Positions 24,761-36,899 are shown, numbered from the whole stretch's first letter. The stretch: DNA of 59,888 nucleotides, filler included, from Rhizaria sp. SCN 62-66 (GCA_001724265.1; 2 parts of 2 records of this genome joined end to end with filler, not necessarily neighbours in it), one strand, 5' to 3'. Translations and numbers: made by a program. The notes: generated from the sequence alone by a model not told the origin.

Positions 24761-25584
24761 GGGGCCGCCGCTAGAGGTCAAGACTGAGATGTAGGAAAGT
24801 GCGAGCTTGGTAAATTGTGTCCCCAGTTAACTGTGTGTGTTGTGTGTCGCTATAGTTTATCTTTAGACTCTGCTGTGGTGATGAATGAAGAGATTATGGC
24901 AAGGAGAGGTATGATGAGTAACGTTTGTGGTGGGATTGAGATTGTGATACATAGAGGGCATTATGGAGGTTATCTGCAAGTATCAACGTCATTATAGGAC
25001 ATTCAAGTAACTATTACTACTGAGAGCCAAGTAATCAGTCACGCTGCCTTTGTCGCAATGGTGCTGGAGCTTCGTATGGATAGAGGATGGGCGGCGCGGA
25101 CACCAGTGCTTTTGACTCTAGAAAGAGGTCATTAACGACCACAATATACAAGTTATAGACATTATTATTAGAAAATCAGACAGGGCACACACCTTAATAT
25201 TACAATAAAGCAAAATATGCTTTGTTGTCGATCAATATACTAAGGTATATTGAAATCAAATGATCGCCCAGTGACTGGTTGCGACTCGCGAGGCTCGAGG
25301 GCGAGATGACGGCTCGTGTTGATCTAAACTGTACACGCGTTTTCCAAACCAGTTTCACCTATGTTTGAAATGAAAACAAGGCCCAGACATACAACGCGTA
25401 ACTAATAACACTATGCCTTTCTTGCATTTCTTGCTGCACACAGAAAACTCTTACAGAACAACACCTTTAGGCGCGCTGCGACCTAATCTCGCAACGTTGC
25501 AAGCGTCCTCGCTATCCCTTCCGTTCCCTTCATCCTTAGCCCCATTGTCGTTCGAGCCTACCTCTCAACTTATTTCAATTATCA

Positions 25585-27991
25585 ATGTTCTGCGCCGTTG
25601 ATGCTGAGTGTACGTTCCTGTCCTTGTGCCGCTCCCAATGCACATTTTAGCTCCGTAATCGGTCGCTTGCACTAGTTGCGTTGTATCCTCTCACGCTCGC
25701 CATGTTAATCTTTTCTCTGTCAATTGTTTACCTGCCCTGCTTGTTGTTTGGCACCCGCCACAGCCTTGTCCGGGAGTGACTCACCCCCCGGCTCGATCTC
25801 GCGCTCTGACATCCTCCCCCCCGCGCTCACCATGCCGCGCGCTCCCCTCGTCGGCACCTTCACTTCCCCGCCCGCCAACAACCCGGGCACATTTCCGCGC
25901 GGCCCCACGACCATCCGCCTCGCCGACAACACCTACTACACGCTGCCCGCCGAGCACCCGCAGTCTGTGGCGTCCACGGCCCCTGTCGGCGGCATCCTGG
26001 CGCCCATGCCTGTGAATGAGCAAGAGCGTATCGCCGCGCTGCACAGCTACGGCATCCTCGACACACAGCCCACCCCGGCTTTCGACAACCTCACGCAGCT
26101 TGCCGCCAAGGTTTGCGGCACTCCCATGGCGCTCGTGTCGCTGATCGACCGCAACCGGCAGTGGTTCAAGTCGGTCCAGGGCCTGCCCGGCGCGTCCGAG
26201 ACGCCGCGCACGACTTCGTTTTGCTCCCACGCCCTCGTCGAGGCAGACCGCATGCTCGTCATCAACGACACGCATCTCGACCCGCGGTTCTGCAACAACC
26301 CATTTGTGCGCGGGTACCCGTTTGTGCGCTTCTACGCCGGCGCCCCTATCGTCTCACCGGAAGGTCTCGTGCTAGGCACTCTCTGCGTGCTAGACCGTGA
26401 GCCCAAGGTGCTGACCGAAGTGCAGCTCTCGACGATGCGTATCCTCACGAAGCAGGTTTTTGCCGAGCTCCAGTCGTCAGGCGCGATGCAATCGCTCGTC
26501 AACTGGGTCGCCGCGCTGCGCGAGACGGAAAAGCAGCTGCAACTGGCCAAGAACGAGGCAGAACGCGCTTCCAGGTCCAAATCAGAGTTCGTGTCCAATA
26601 TGTCCCACGAGCTGCGCACGCCGATGAACGGCGTGCTGTGCAACGTGGACTTGCTGCTCGACACCCCACTGACGGCGGAGCAGCTCGAGTACGTCAAGGA
26701 CATCGAGATCTCTGGCCGCCACCTGCTCACGGTCATCAACGACGTGCTCGACTTCAGCAAGATCGAGTCTGGCAAGCTCGAGCTAGAGCACCGCCCCATC
26801 TCGGTCCGCGCCGCCGCCGAGGACGCGCTCATTCTGTCGTTCCAACCGGGTCGCCATGATAATCTGGAGGTGTTGACGATCGTCGACGACGACGTGCCCA
26901 CGCAGGTGCTTGGCGACGTCATGCGGATCCGCCAGGTTCTCACCAACTTGCTCTCCAACTCGTTCAAATTCACTGCGCTGGGCCGCGTCGTCGTCCGCGT
27001 CTCGGTCTGCCGCGAGTCGTCCTGCTTCGTTGCCTGCGGCATCGACCCGTCGTCGGTCTCGCCCGACGGATTCGCCGTGGAGCCATCGCTGTCCGCCACC
27101 GCGCCCGCCGCTGCCGCCGCCGCCGTCGCTGTCGCGCGCAACCAGGCCGCTGCGTCCGCCGCCGCCACTGCCAACGCAACCGCCGCCGCTGCCGCTGCTT
27201 CAGCTGCTGCTGCCGCCGCCGGCGGTGCGACTCCCTCTGGCGCGGTGTGTGCGGCGTGCGACGCCGTCTGCGGCGGCGCCTGCGCCGGCTCCCCGGGTCC
27301 CATTGCGGACCCAGACTCGGTCACCCTCACGCTGACGACTGCTGGAGCAAGCGCGCGCGGCCCGCGGCGGTATTCAGCGGGCTCCACAGCCAGCGGAAGC
27401 ACTCCGCTGCCCTCTGCTTCCGCCGCCGCCACCGCTGTTGCTGCCGCTGCTGCTGCTGCTGCTGCTGCGCCCGGCGCGGTGTCCACGTCTCCTGCCTTCG
27501 TGCCCGCGGGGCCGGAGTGCTGCGTGGGCTACGGCTACTGCGCCTACGCCACGGCCGTCATCACCGCAGCGCACGCCAGTCTGGACGCGGGTTTAGTGCT
27601 CACCGTCCCGCCGCCGCCCTTCGCCACGGCGCTCAGTCCCGCCACCGCGCTCGCAGCGTACAACAACAGCTCCACGAGCAGCAGCAACAACAGCAGTGGC
27701 AGTGCCACGAACGGCGCAGGCTACATCGCCGGCACCGCGTATGATGCCGGCGCAGACGGTCACCACCCTGGCGGTCATGGCCACGGCCACGGCCACGGCC
27801 TCGGCCACAACGGCGACGACGGGCAGCGCGTGGTCACGGTCACCGGTGCCGGCGGCGGCGGGTTCGCGGGCGGCGTGGCGGCCTCGCACGCGGGCTCTGC
27901 GGCGGGGTCGACCCACGCGGGCGGGCCGCCCACGGGTGCGGCCTCGGCGGCGGGGTCGGTCCACTCCAGCTCCGGATCCAGCGGCATCACC

Positions 27992-28022
<31 letters not shown>

Positions 28023-29899
28023 CCGGGTCTGCCTCCTCCGCAGCGCCCGCCGTCACCGCCGCCGCACTGCCGCCGGTCGGCGCGCTGCAGCTGCCGCCGT
28101 TCGCCCCGCTGCGCCTGACGCCGCTGTCCGAGTGCACCTTCTGCGGCGAAGCCCTGCAGGTGTGCCGCTGCCCCTCGGGCCACTGGCGCACAGACGCCGC
28201 CGCCATGGCCGCCGCGTCTGCGCACTCGCTGCGCGCGCCCTGCCCCGCGCACGGTGCCTGGCTCGCGCTGCCGCCGCCCGCGCCCCACCAGCCCTCCGCG
28301 GCGGCGTGCCCGTCCTCGGTGCTAGCGTCGGCCGCCGCCGCGAGTGCCGCGGCCGCCGCGGCTTCGTCCAGCTCCATCAGCCCGCCTGCTAGCAGCAGCA
28401 CCAGCAACAGCAACAACTTCACCGACGCTAACGCCGGCGGCGGCCGGATCCGCAGCTCCGCCTCTGACGACGGCAACAGCAACAACTGCAGCAGCAGCAG
28501 TGCGCGCATGAACCCCCCTGGCGCGACGCAGCTCTCACCAACCTTCAGCACGGCGCGTAGCCACCATGGCGGAGGCGGGGGCAGCGGCGGGGGCCACCAG
28601 CGTCACCGCAGCGGGCCCCCCGGGATCGAGTGCGCGATCTCCGAGTGCAAGGACGCCGCGAGCAGCTCTCATCTCACAGGCGGCAGCAGCCTCGGCGGCG
28701 GCTGCAGCGGCGGCGGCAGCGTGGGCAAAGGCGGCAGTAAGGGCGACGCGTATACGCAGCAGGTGGCCGCGCTCGTTGCGTCACTGCAGGCGCTGCCGAA
28801 GCGCTTGCGGCCCGGGCACCGCGAGGTCCAGTACATCTACCCGCGGCCCGTGCTCACGACCGCGGTCACCGCCGGCGGGGGCGCCGCGCCCGGGGGCAGC
28901 CACGGTCACGGTCACGGCCACGGCCACGGCGCCGGTAGCAGCGGAGGCGGTGCGTCTGCCGCGGCTGCTGCGGGCGGCGGGGTGCCGCGGACCGTGTCGC
29001 CTGCGCTGTCCACCACGTCCACCATCGCGCCCTCGACGCACAGCACCAACAACAGCGGCGGCGGCGCCAGCAACAGCAGCAAGGGCGGCAACGCCAGCGA
29101 GGCGTCCGCGGCCAGCGCGCGCAACGGGCGCTTTGTCTACCTAGGCCCGCCCGCGGACCCGGGGCTGGGCCCCACGGCGCGCGCCTACGCCGGGCCTGCC
29201 GGCTCGCACTCGCACGGCGCCGCCGGCGACGGCTGCACGCTCCACGGCAACGCGCTCGTCCAGGTATGGAAAACCTCATTCATGAATGCTCAGACGTGCA
29301 ACTCGCTCTAGAATTCAAATAATATGATATTTCTATGTTTTCGTGAAATATTTCATTCAATTTGTTCTCATTTTCTTTCTGTTTATAACTTTTTCTTTTC
29401 ATTCAGGTTGCCGCCCGCACCGCACTTGCGGCCGAGGCTGCTGCGAAGGCTGAGGCCGCATCCGCCGTCGTCGCTGCCGCCGCCGCCGCCGATAAGGCCG
29501 CTGCTGCCGCTGCCGCTGAGGCCGCCGCCGCCGAGGCCGAGGCCGCGGCCGCTACTGCCGCCGCTTTGCTGATCTCATCCCCCGAGATGACTGTGACGTC
29601 GCTGGATGCTGACGGCAGCGGCGGTACTGGCGGCAGCGGCCACACCGGCAGCGACGCCTCTTTCGCCGTCTCGCCCTCCGTCGCGCTGACTTCTCTGGCA
29701 CCCACGAGCTCGGGGAACACCAGCAGCACCGCCGCCTACGGCCTCGGCAGCGGCGGCGGCGTGACGTCTGGCGGCGCGAGCGGCGTCGCGTACAGCACGC
29801 TATCGCGGCGCGCGGCGCGTAAGCACGCCAAACGGCTCCGCGCCGCGCGCGCGGCCGTGCGCGCCGCCGCTGCCGCCTCGGCCGCGGCTGCCGCGGCCG
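25585..29899 (+). CDS. GAF-domain sensor histidine kinase (GAF + HisKA + start of HATPase_c), truncated by the assembly gap; exons 25585-25609, 25764-29263, 29407->29899
   Basis: [72 protein letters not shown]-box [41 protein letters not shown]-box [17 protein letters not shown]. Introns GTACGT..CAG (25610-25763) and GTATGG..CAG (29264-29406) keep frame. Confidence 0.9.
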
Positions 29900-29999
29900 N
29901 NNNNNNNNNNNNNNNNNNNNNNNNNNNNNNNNNNNNNNNNNNNTTAATTAATTAANNNNNNNNNNNNNNNNNNNNNNNNNNNNNNNNNNNNNNNNNNNN
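29900..29999. other. Artificial contig-joining spacer: 44 N + TTAATTAATTAA + 44 N
   Basis: Exactly 100 bp and symmetric, with a palindromic core carrying TAA in all six frames; a typical scaffold/pseudomolecule linker. Confidence 0.95.
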
Positions 30000-30263
30000 T
30001 CGCAGCCGACGCGCGTGGACCGCATCTTCTTCCGCTCGACGGTGATGAAGCCGCGCGAGATCGTCCTCGTGGGCTGCCCGGGGCCCGACTACCTGTGCAT
30101 GGAGCCGCCGAAGAAGGGCGACGAGGAGGACCGCATGATCCCCTTCCGCCCGCGCTCCGCCAACGCCGTCATGGGCAACGTCATCCACCCTTCGAGCCAC
30201 TACGGGCTGCTCGCCACCTTTTCCACTTTTGTGCCATATTGCCAGAACAGCAACAACAAGTAA
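30000..30263 (+). CDS. C-terminal fragment of an endonuclease/exonuclease/phosphatase (EEP, TDP2-like) protein
   Basis: RVDRIFFR and HPSSHYGLLATF match the EEP C-terminal R-x-D-R-I and P-S-D-H-x-G-L motifs. 5' part lost in the gap. Stop TAA. Confidence 0.6.
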   Translation, partial: SQPTRVDRIFFRSTVMKPREIVLVGCPGPDYLCMEPPKKGDEEDRMIPFRPRSANAVMGNVIHPSSHYGLLATFSTFVPYCQNSNNK

Positions 30264-30319
30264 GCGCGCGCGCCGTCGTATATGCGTGTTTGTGTGATGT
30301 TGATGTCATGTCAAATGTA

Positions 30320-30351
30320 AGGCTGGGTGGGTGACAGGCTGGGTGGGTGAC
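30320..30351 (+). repeat. 16-bp tandem duplication (aggctgggtgggtgac x2) in a 3' UTR
   Basis: Direct inspection; the duplication yields four GGG runs. Confidence 0.8.
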
Positions 30352-31756
30352 TGTTTGCTAGTGCTTGTGGCTGTGCTAATGCTCGCGCTTGCTCTGGGAA
30401 ATCTAATGAGTTCTCGTGCGAGAGGGAATCGACTGAGTGAGTGGTTGTTTGTGTGGTTGAAGCTCTGTCTTTTATGTGTATGTTTTTGTCGTCGTTGTTT
30501 TGTTGCTTAGAGGACAACGACAAGCAGACAACTAGCAGATGTTGCGTTGTGTTGTTGATATCCCACGTTGCGCCGCTGTTTGGTCTGTGAATGAATGATT
30601 TGATAATGAATGTGCGCGTTTTACGTCGTACTCATGGTTTTAACAAACAAATATTCAAATAACAAAATAAACAATCTTACTTTTACACTATGCACAAAGG
30701 CGAAGTACGTTGCGCGCCCCTGACCCAATTATACTATGGAGTGACACAATTCTTCATGACCAGATGGCGAGAGACAGCTGAAGTCTTGATGTATGTATAT
30801 TGTAGAAATGAACTATTTTGTATTACAAGCGCGCTCAAAATAGACATTATGACTTCCAAACTTGTGACCAGTGCTGTCACAGGTGTATAGCAGGGATACG
30901 AACGCAGTAATAGTGACCGAGACCGCATGATACGGACGCTTTTGCTACAGTGAGCGAGTGAGCGAGCGCCATCGACTGGCACGGAGTTACCATTCTATTT
31001 GGCCACGCCATGTTGAAGCTCAGTCAACCCATTAAGACACAGTGCCTGTCAAGAGAGGAGGCAGGAGACGGAACAAAACAGAGTGAGAGGAGTGTGAAAG
31101 TTGGGTCATACGAAACAGATAGCTCGGGGGTGTAGATGGGCTACAGAGCGTGTTTGTTGGTGTTGTTTTTGCGAGTCAGATTTAGGAAAGCTTAGTCGTC
31201 AAGTCCTCGCCGGAGCGCTGGAAGTTACTTCACAGGGCGACTGAAGCCACACACCTGCGCTATCACTCCGAGCAAACCGGTTACAAGCCTATTTCAGAAA
31301 GCCATGCATTGTTGTCATCATTCGTATATGTCACACAAGCAACAGTCAACCACGGAGAGCGGCAGCGGCGAAGCAGAGAAGAGAGAGCTGAGAGCATCAG
31401 CAAGTTGACGAGCGTACCTAAATGGATAGATTGCACGCATCCAAAAGAGGGCTTTTGAGCGTGCAATAAAGTGTGAATGACCCCAACCCAGGCTAGATTC
31501 AGAAAATCATAGCACAATGCCTATTGTCATAGGTGGGAAGCCAAACGAGGGTGCTTTCTTGATGTCAGTTGCGCAGGTCCTGAACCCACAACCAGCGGCT
31601 TAACTTCCCCTGTCTCACAGTCCAACCTTTACAAAAGAGTGCTTTGCTGACTACAGAGTCAAAATCAAAAACTAACCTTGATTTATATTATCAAGCATCT
31701 ACTATCATATTCTGGCACTGTATCACATACCGACTGACGATCATTTCACGCCGAAA

Positions 31757-32425
31757 ATGAGTGCCACAGCAGCCTCATCCGCCTCTACCAGAGGTTTTGA
31801 CGCGCCTTCTTCATCTGCGTCCACCGAGGCATCCACTCAGTCTCTCTCGGCTCTGCGCGCCGCGATGTCGAGCGAATTTGCCACCGCGGTGCAGCTGATA
31901 TCCTCCCGGCCTCCTCATACGGCGCTGTACTCGTCGCACGACGCTTCGGCGCTCGCCGCCAACGCCACCTTCATGCAGGACGTCTCTGCTGCGCTCGCCG
32001 CACGCGTAGACGACTTCGTGTCCACCGCGGAGGCGCTCCAAGCGCGTCTCGCCGCAATCCCGCTCTCCCCTGCGCCGCACCGCGCTGCTGCGGGACACGC
32101 GGTGGCCGAGAGCGACATTGCGAAGATCGCGCGGCTTGAGCGCGAGGTCGCCGCCTGCGACCGCGAGCTCGCCGCCAAGACGGCGCTGGCTGCCGCCGTG
32201 GGCGCGCAGCTCCGACAGGCGCACGCAGCACTGGGCGCAGCCGTGGCGGCCAACGCGGAGGTGCACCATGGTCTGTTCTACGCCGTCGAGGACGTCGAGG
32301 ACGAGGCTAGCGCCGACGCCGAAGATGCTGCTGCGGCTGCAGCTGCGGCTGAGGGCCAAGGGGAAGGCGATGCCGCGCAGCAGGGTGGGCAAGAGATGGC
32401 GGACGAGCAGGACTAGGAGAATTGA
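31757..32425 (+). CDS. Helical/coiled-coil protein, probable Mediator subunit MED21-like; TAG at 32414-32416 followed by GAG AAT TGA
   Basis: Single exon. The pattern EFATAVQLISSRPP / VDDFVSTAEALQARLAAIP / IAKIARLEREVAACDRELAAK parallels the three MED21 helices. Acidic tail. Family assigned by eye only. Confidence 0.5.
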
Positions 32426-32800
32426 GCGCACGACACCTTGTGTGCGCAGTGCGAGGCCCACGAGGCAGCACAACTCTTATGACGCTGACGAGGGCCGTAA
32501 GCTCGTCGTCGACGATACCTACATTTAGGGAACAGTTACTTAGCAGAGCACTTTGGAGACATAGATGTTTGCCTGGATGCTTGAGTGGAGCACAATGGCG
32601 TTACTTTGTTACATAAATACACACTACACTTGTTAACATCCTATTCCCATGACACTTTAAGTCCCTGCACTTGAATTATTTACGCCACCACAAACGTTTT
32701 TCTGACTGCTTCCAGACTATGCCCGCGTGAGAGCAGATGTAAAAAAACATTAAAAGGAGTGCTCAGCGTCCGTTATTTGGATTAAGCTGTTGGATTCAAG

Positions 32801-35085
32801 ATGGAAAACAGCGAATGTTATTCGGACGTAAATCGTCTTATGTCAGCAGAAGTGCGTGACGCGCTTGCCACGCATTTGCCCGTGAGCGAAATGTCCAAGC
32901 GCCCTGGTCCCGGTCCGTAATCTTCTCTCCCTTCGTTGGTTTTCATGCTCTCAATCAGCTCTGTTTGCGCAACCAACTTACGCAATTCTTAAACACATTT
33001 GTTTGTATCTATAGGTGGTAAGAAGGTTACCTATGTCGAATCACACCACGTGTTTTCGCTCGCCAACAAGATCTTTGGCTTCTCCAACTGGTCCTCCTCC
33101 ATCGTCGACCTTAGTGTCAACTACGTACGTGTAATCGCAGTGATTCATCATAAAACTGTGCTATGATTTTAAAGTAACTATAGTGCGCATTATATTTGTA
33201 TTTTACGCTTTAACCCTTATGTTTCAAGGCGCGGTATCGTCGTGCGTCTCTCGCTCCAGTTGTTCTGTCTGCTTCACTCTCATCATCTTCTGTCTGTGCC
33301 TTGACTGTGCCTTGTTTTTTGTGGACTTTGTTCGCGCCTTCCCAGTTTGACCTCGACCCCAAGGGCCAGTACCAGGTCGGCCTGACGGCGATCGTGCGCG
33401 TGTCTCTCGCCTCCGGGTGCTTCCACGAGGACGTCGGCTTCGGCTCCGGCATCGGCTCAGTCAAGCCCGACGTGCTGGAGAAGGCCTACAAAGAGGCCGT
33501 CACCGATGCTACCAAGCGCGCGCTCCGTCTATTTGGCAACGCGCTGGGCAATTCGATCTACAACAAGGGCTACGTCGACACTGGCGGCAAGGACCCCTTC
33601 GCGCTCACTGCCTCCAATGCTGCCACTGCAGCAACTGCAGCAACTGCGGCTGCGGCTGCGGCTGTGACTCCTGGGACGGTCTCCGCGCAGGCCTTGACAC
33701 TCGCCGCGGCCGCTATCGCCCCCCTCGCGGCCGCCAGCGCGGCTGCAGCGGCCGCGGCTGCCGGCCCGGGCCCCGTCGTCACCGGCCTTAACATCAATAA
33801 CAACATTAATAAGGGCCCCACCCTGACGCCCGCGAGCGCTGTGGCCGCCGCCGCAACCGCCGCCGCAACCGCTGCCGCCGCCGCTGCAGCCGACGCTGGG
33901 GTCGTTGGCGCGGGCATTGGCACTGAGATCATGAGCAAGCTGGCGGACCTGTCGGCGCAGGTCGCGACGCTCACGGCGCTTGTTGTGGCGGGGCAGCAGC
34001 AGCAGCAACAGCTGCAGCAGCAGATTCAGCAGCAGATTCAGCAGCCGCGACAACAGCAGGCGCAACAACAGCAGCTGGGCGGAAGCAGCGCCGGCGTCAG
34101 TGGTGTCTCGCACGCTGTCCCGATCACTAGCCCTCGCGCCAGTGAGAGCGCTAGTGCGAGCGCGAGCGCAATGACGGACGCTGACGTCGACACAGCGGAT
34201 GCCGATGCCGTTGCGAGTGCAAGTGCGAGTGGCAGCGCCGCTGCTGTTGCTGCATCGTCTCCTGCGTCTGCTGCGACTACCCTAATTGGGACTGCCCCCG
34301 CGTCTGCCTCGGCTGCGGCCGCTGCACCTGTCACTCCCGCTCCCACGCCCGCACCCGCTCCCGCGCCTGCGTCTGCGTATGCGCAGCGTAACAAGCGTCC
34401 CTACGAGCCGCCTGCCCACGACCAGGGCCAGGGCCAGGGCCAGCAGCAGCAGCAGCAGCCACAGCCTCAGCCTCAGCCCCAGCCCCAGCCTCAGCAGCAG
34501 CAGCAGCAGCTGGAGCAGCAGCAGGAGCAGGAGGCCGCGCTGCCTCCCGCGACCTTGTCGCCCGCTGCGTCCGGTCAGAGTAGTCTAAGTAATAGCGCCC
34601 CCTTAGACGGCGTCAGTCGCGCTGGCGGTCACACGGCGAACCCAGAAGCTGCTGCCGCCGCTCCTGCGGCGGCGCCCGCTACTGCTCCGACTGCTGGTGC
34701 TGGTGCTGGTGCTGCTGCTGTCGTGGCCACAGCTGCTCCGGCCGCGACGCCCGCCCCCTCTGCTGCGGTCAGCCGCTACGCCCGCGGCACCAACCGCAAC
34801 AGCGCAAGCAACAACAGCAACAGCAACAGCAACAACAGCAGCAGCAACAGCAGCGGCGGCGGCGTCAACGATGTCGTCACGAAGCTCGAGGCTACGGCGG
34901 CGAACACGATTGCCGTTGCCGCTGCGCCCGCGCCCGCGCCCGCGCCTGCTGCGACATTGATCTCTGGTAGTGGTAATAATAATAATAACAACTACAACAA
35001 CAATGGCACAACCGGCGGCAGTGGCAGCGCCAACGGCGGCGGCGGCGGTGGCGGCGGCTCGCTTTACAGCAAGGGCCCGCGGTGA
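32801..35085 (+). CDS. RAD52: DNA repair/recombination protein RAD52; exons 32801-32912, 33015-33124, 33346-35085
   Basis: Spliced N-domain: KRPGPGGKKVTYVESHHVFSLANKIFGFSNWSSSI..VGLTAIVRVSLASGCFHEDVGFG..EKAYKEAVTDATKRALRLFGNALGNSIYNK. Introns GTCCGT..TAG (phase 1) and GTACGT..CAG (phase 0). Long Ala/Gln-rich tail. Stop TGA. Confidence 0.93.
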
Positions 35086-35535
35086 GCGACTGTGAGCGAC
35101 TGTGATTCTGACTGTGGCCGTGAACAGCGTAAGAGAGACAGACTGAGTCGCGCAAGAGTGATAGCGAGCTGCAGTTTGCTTCATGAACATTCATAGCAGT
35201 GCCGTTCCGAGGTGTCAACGACAACAGTGTTGTCATCATCACAACCAAAGAGAATCGTTTTATATTAGCATTTAACCGTAACAATAGTACCACTCAGGAA
35301 TAATCCAGCGTCAATAGTCCGTAACACAATATGGATATGTCAAAGAAAAAGGACACAATTATTATCAAACATACACACTCATGAGTTAAGTCATGACAAG
35401 TTTGTTTTATACACAGCATTTTTGTGTATCGCTTGAAGTTTTGCGTTTTGCACGTCTATATTACAACTAATTCAACATCTTTCAACTACTATACTATCAG
35501 ATCACACACACTCAGACTCGCCAGTTGCCTACAAC

Positions 35536-36557
35536 TTACTCGAGCTTGGGGTCCTTATTGAAGCCCTCACGGGTACGCGCAAGCTCGATGGCAAGGAACT
35601 GGATGCGCGGCACGATGCACGTGTTCTCCTGGTCGCAGGGCTTGGAGACGTCAACGCGCATGAGCGTGGCGAAGTTGAAGTCCTTGACGATCTCGTCAGT
35701 GTAGGCCTCCATGAACTTGCGCCAGGCCTCCTTGCCCTCGGTGGTCTTGGAGGCGTCCAGGTCGAACACGTCCACCTTGACGTCGGGGAACTGCGCGCGG
35801 AACTGTGTGTAGATCTCGTCGTCGCACCTGCAGGGACAGGCAGCACAAAAACACACACACAGGAAAGACATGGAGTTCGTGAGTAACAGTTGAGTGTCGT
35901 TGCGGCGAAGTGAAGTCGAAGAGATAGATTGAGATGAGAAGAGAACATCATAAAATGAAAAAATTATCACAAATAGTGGTCATTTGAGTCCACACAGCAC
36001 TGTTCGCAGTTCGATTCAGCTTTGTTTGAAGGCGTGAAAGCTTGACGTACTTGGTGAGGCGCAGCGGGGTGGGCTTGTCCTTGAAGGCATGGAGGAGCTT
36101 CATGTACGTCTCAGCGTGCGAAAAGGCCTTGCTGGCCCACAGCGCCTCAACGACTGCGCAGTGGGTATGCAGTTAGAGGTCGACAGCGCGGGTGAGGGGA
36201 GCGAGGCAGCGTATACAGAGCAGTTATAGCCGACACGAAACAAGAAGCAAGGGCGGGTGCGCGCGGGGCAAGGAGTGGCGGGAGCGACGGAGAAAAGTAT
36301 AAAGACAATAAGTAAGAGGTGTGGATACATGCAACACAGGGCACCACTTGCTCAGTAAGAAGTCCACGTTTGAACGAGGGAACACCTGCAGAGGCATGGA
36401 AAATGACAATGCACTGCGACGCGAGAGGCGTGTGCGGACTATGTTGCGGAATAAGGCGAGGCGATGACAGACGTCCGTCAAACAAGAAAATAAACGTACC
36501 AGCGTCATTGCGCGTGTCCTCAGCAGCGCGCTTCATTTGAGTGGCAACGTTAGACAT
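35536..36557 (-). CDS. PBDC1: PBDC1 / polysaccharide biosynthesis domain protein (yeast Ypl225w-like); exons 36557-36500, 36153-36051, 35827-35536
   Basis: Spliced product: ..RNDAVVEALWASKAFSHAETYMKLL..LRLTKCDDEIYTQFRAQFP..KEAWRKFM..VKDFNFATLMRVD..QENTCIVPRIQFLAIELARTREGFN. Both introns GTACGT..CAG. Stop TAA. Confidence 0.92.
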
Positions 36558-36899
36558 GGTCTATGTGTCTTTCTATCGTTATTTCGAAAGCCTCCCGAAG
36601 TCTCTTTGAAACATGACTCGGCCAACGCTGCGACGACCGTGAGCTCAACGGTCTCAAAGATACATTCATTTTTCTTCGCTCTATCTCCTTATACACATCG
36701 TCAAGTTGCAGGTAAAGCACGTATCCATGTAACAATACGAGCTTACAGTATGTTATTCTTTTTACACCTTATTAAACCTTAATATTGCTTATGATCTCCC
36801 TTACGATAGCGCAGACACCTTACTCGCGCCCCGACTCGATTAGCTCTCCCGCAGTGTCCGCTCCGTCTCTATCTTGGCTTCACCTGCTTCTGTGCGCAC

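Noticed and set aside
29309-29311. TAG ending ORF 25724..29311, as a real TAG stop or another recoded site
   Set aside because: It lies inside the AT-rich intron 29264-29406 (GTATGG..TTCAG); the gene continues at 29407.
29944-29955. Palindromic TTAATTAATTAA between N runs
   Set aside because: Six-frame-stop linker added during contig concatenation; not biological.
25585-30263. Possible histidine kinase-EEP nuclease fusion across the gap
   Set aside because: The two pieces lie on different contigs joined artificially, so adjacency is uninformative.
30400-31700. Longest intergenic stretch, with short ORFs; possible ncRNA or mobile element
   Set aside because: No tRNA-like fold, terminal repeats or transposase/RT motifs that I could recognise.
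33990-34530. CAG/GCN/AAC trinucleotide arrays here and throughout, as satellites or CRISPR-like repeats
   Set aside because: They are in-frame homopolymeric amino-acid tracts inside CDSs; there is no repeat-spacer structure.
36329-36385. 57-nt frame-preserving AG..GT segment in PBDC1 intron 1 (possible cassette exon)
   Set aside because: Weak donor (GTATCC), and inclusion would split the conserved N-D-x-x-V-E-x-x-W motif; no support without transcripts.
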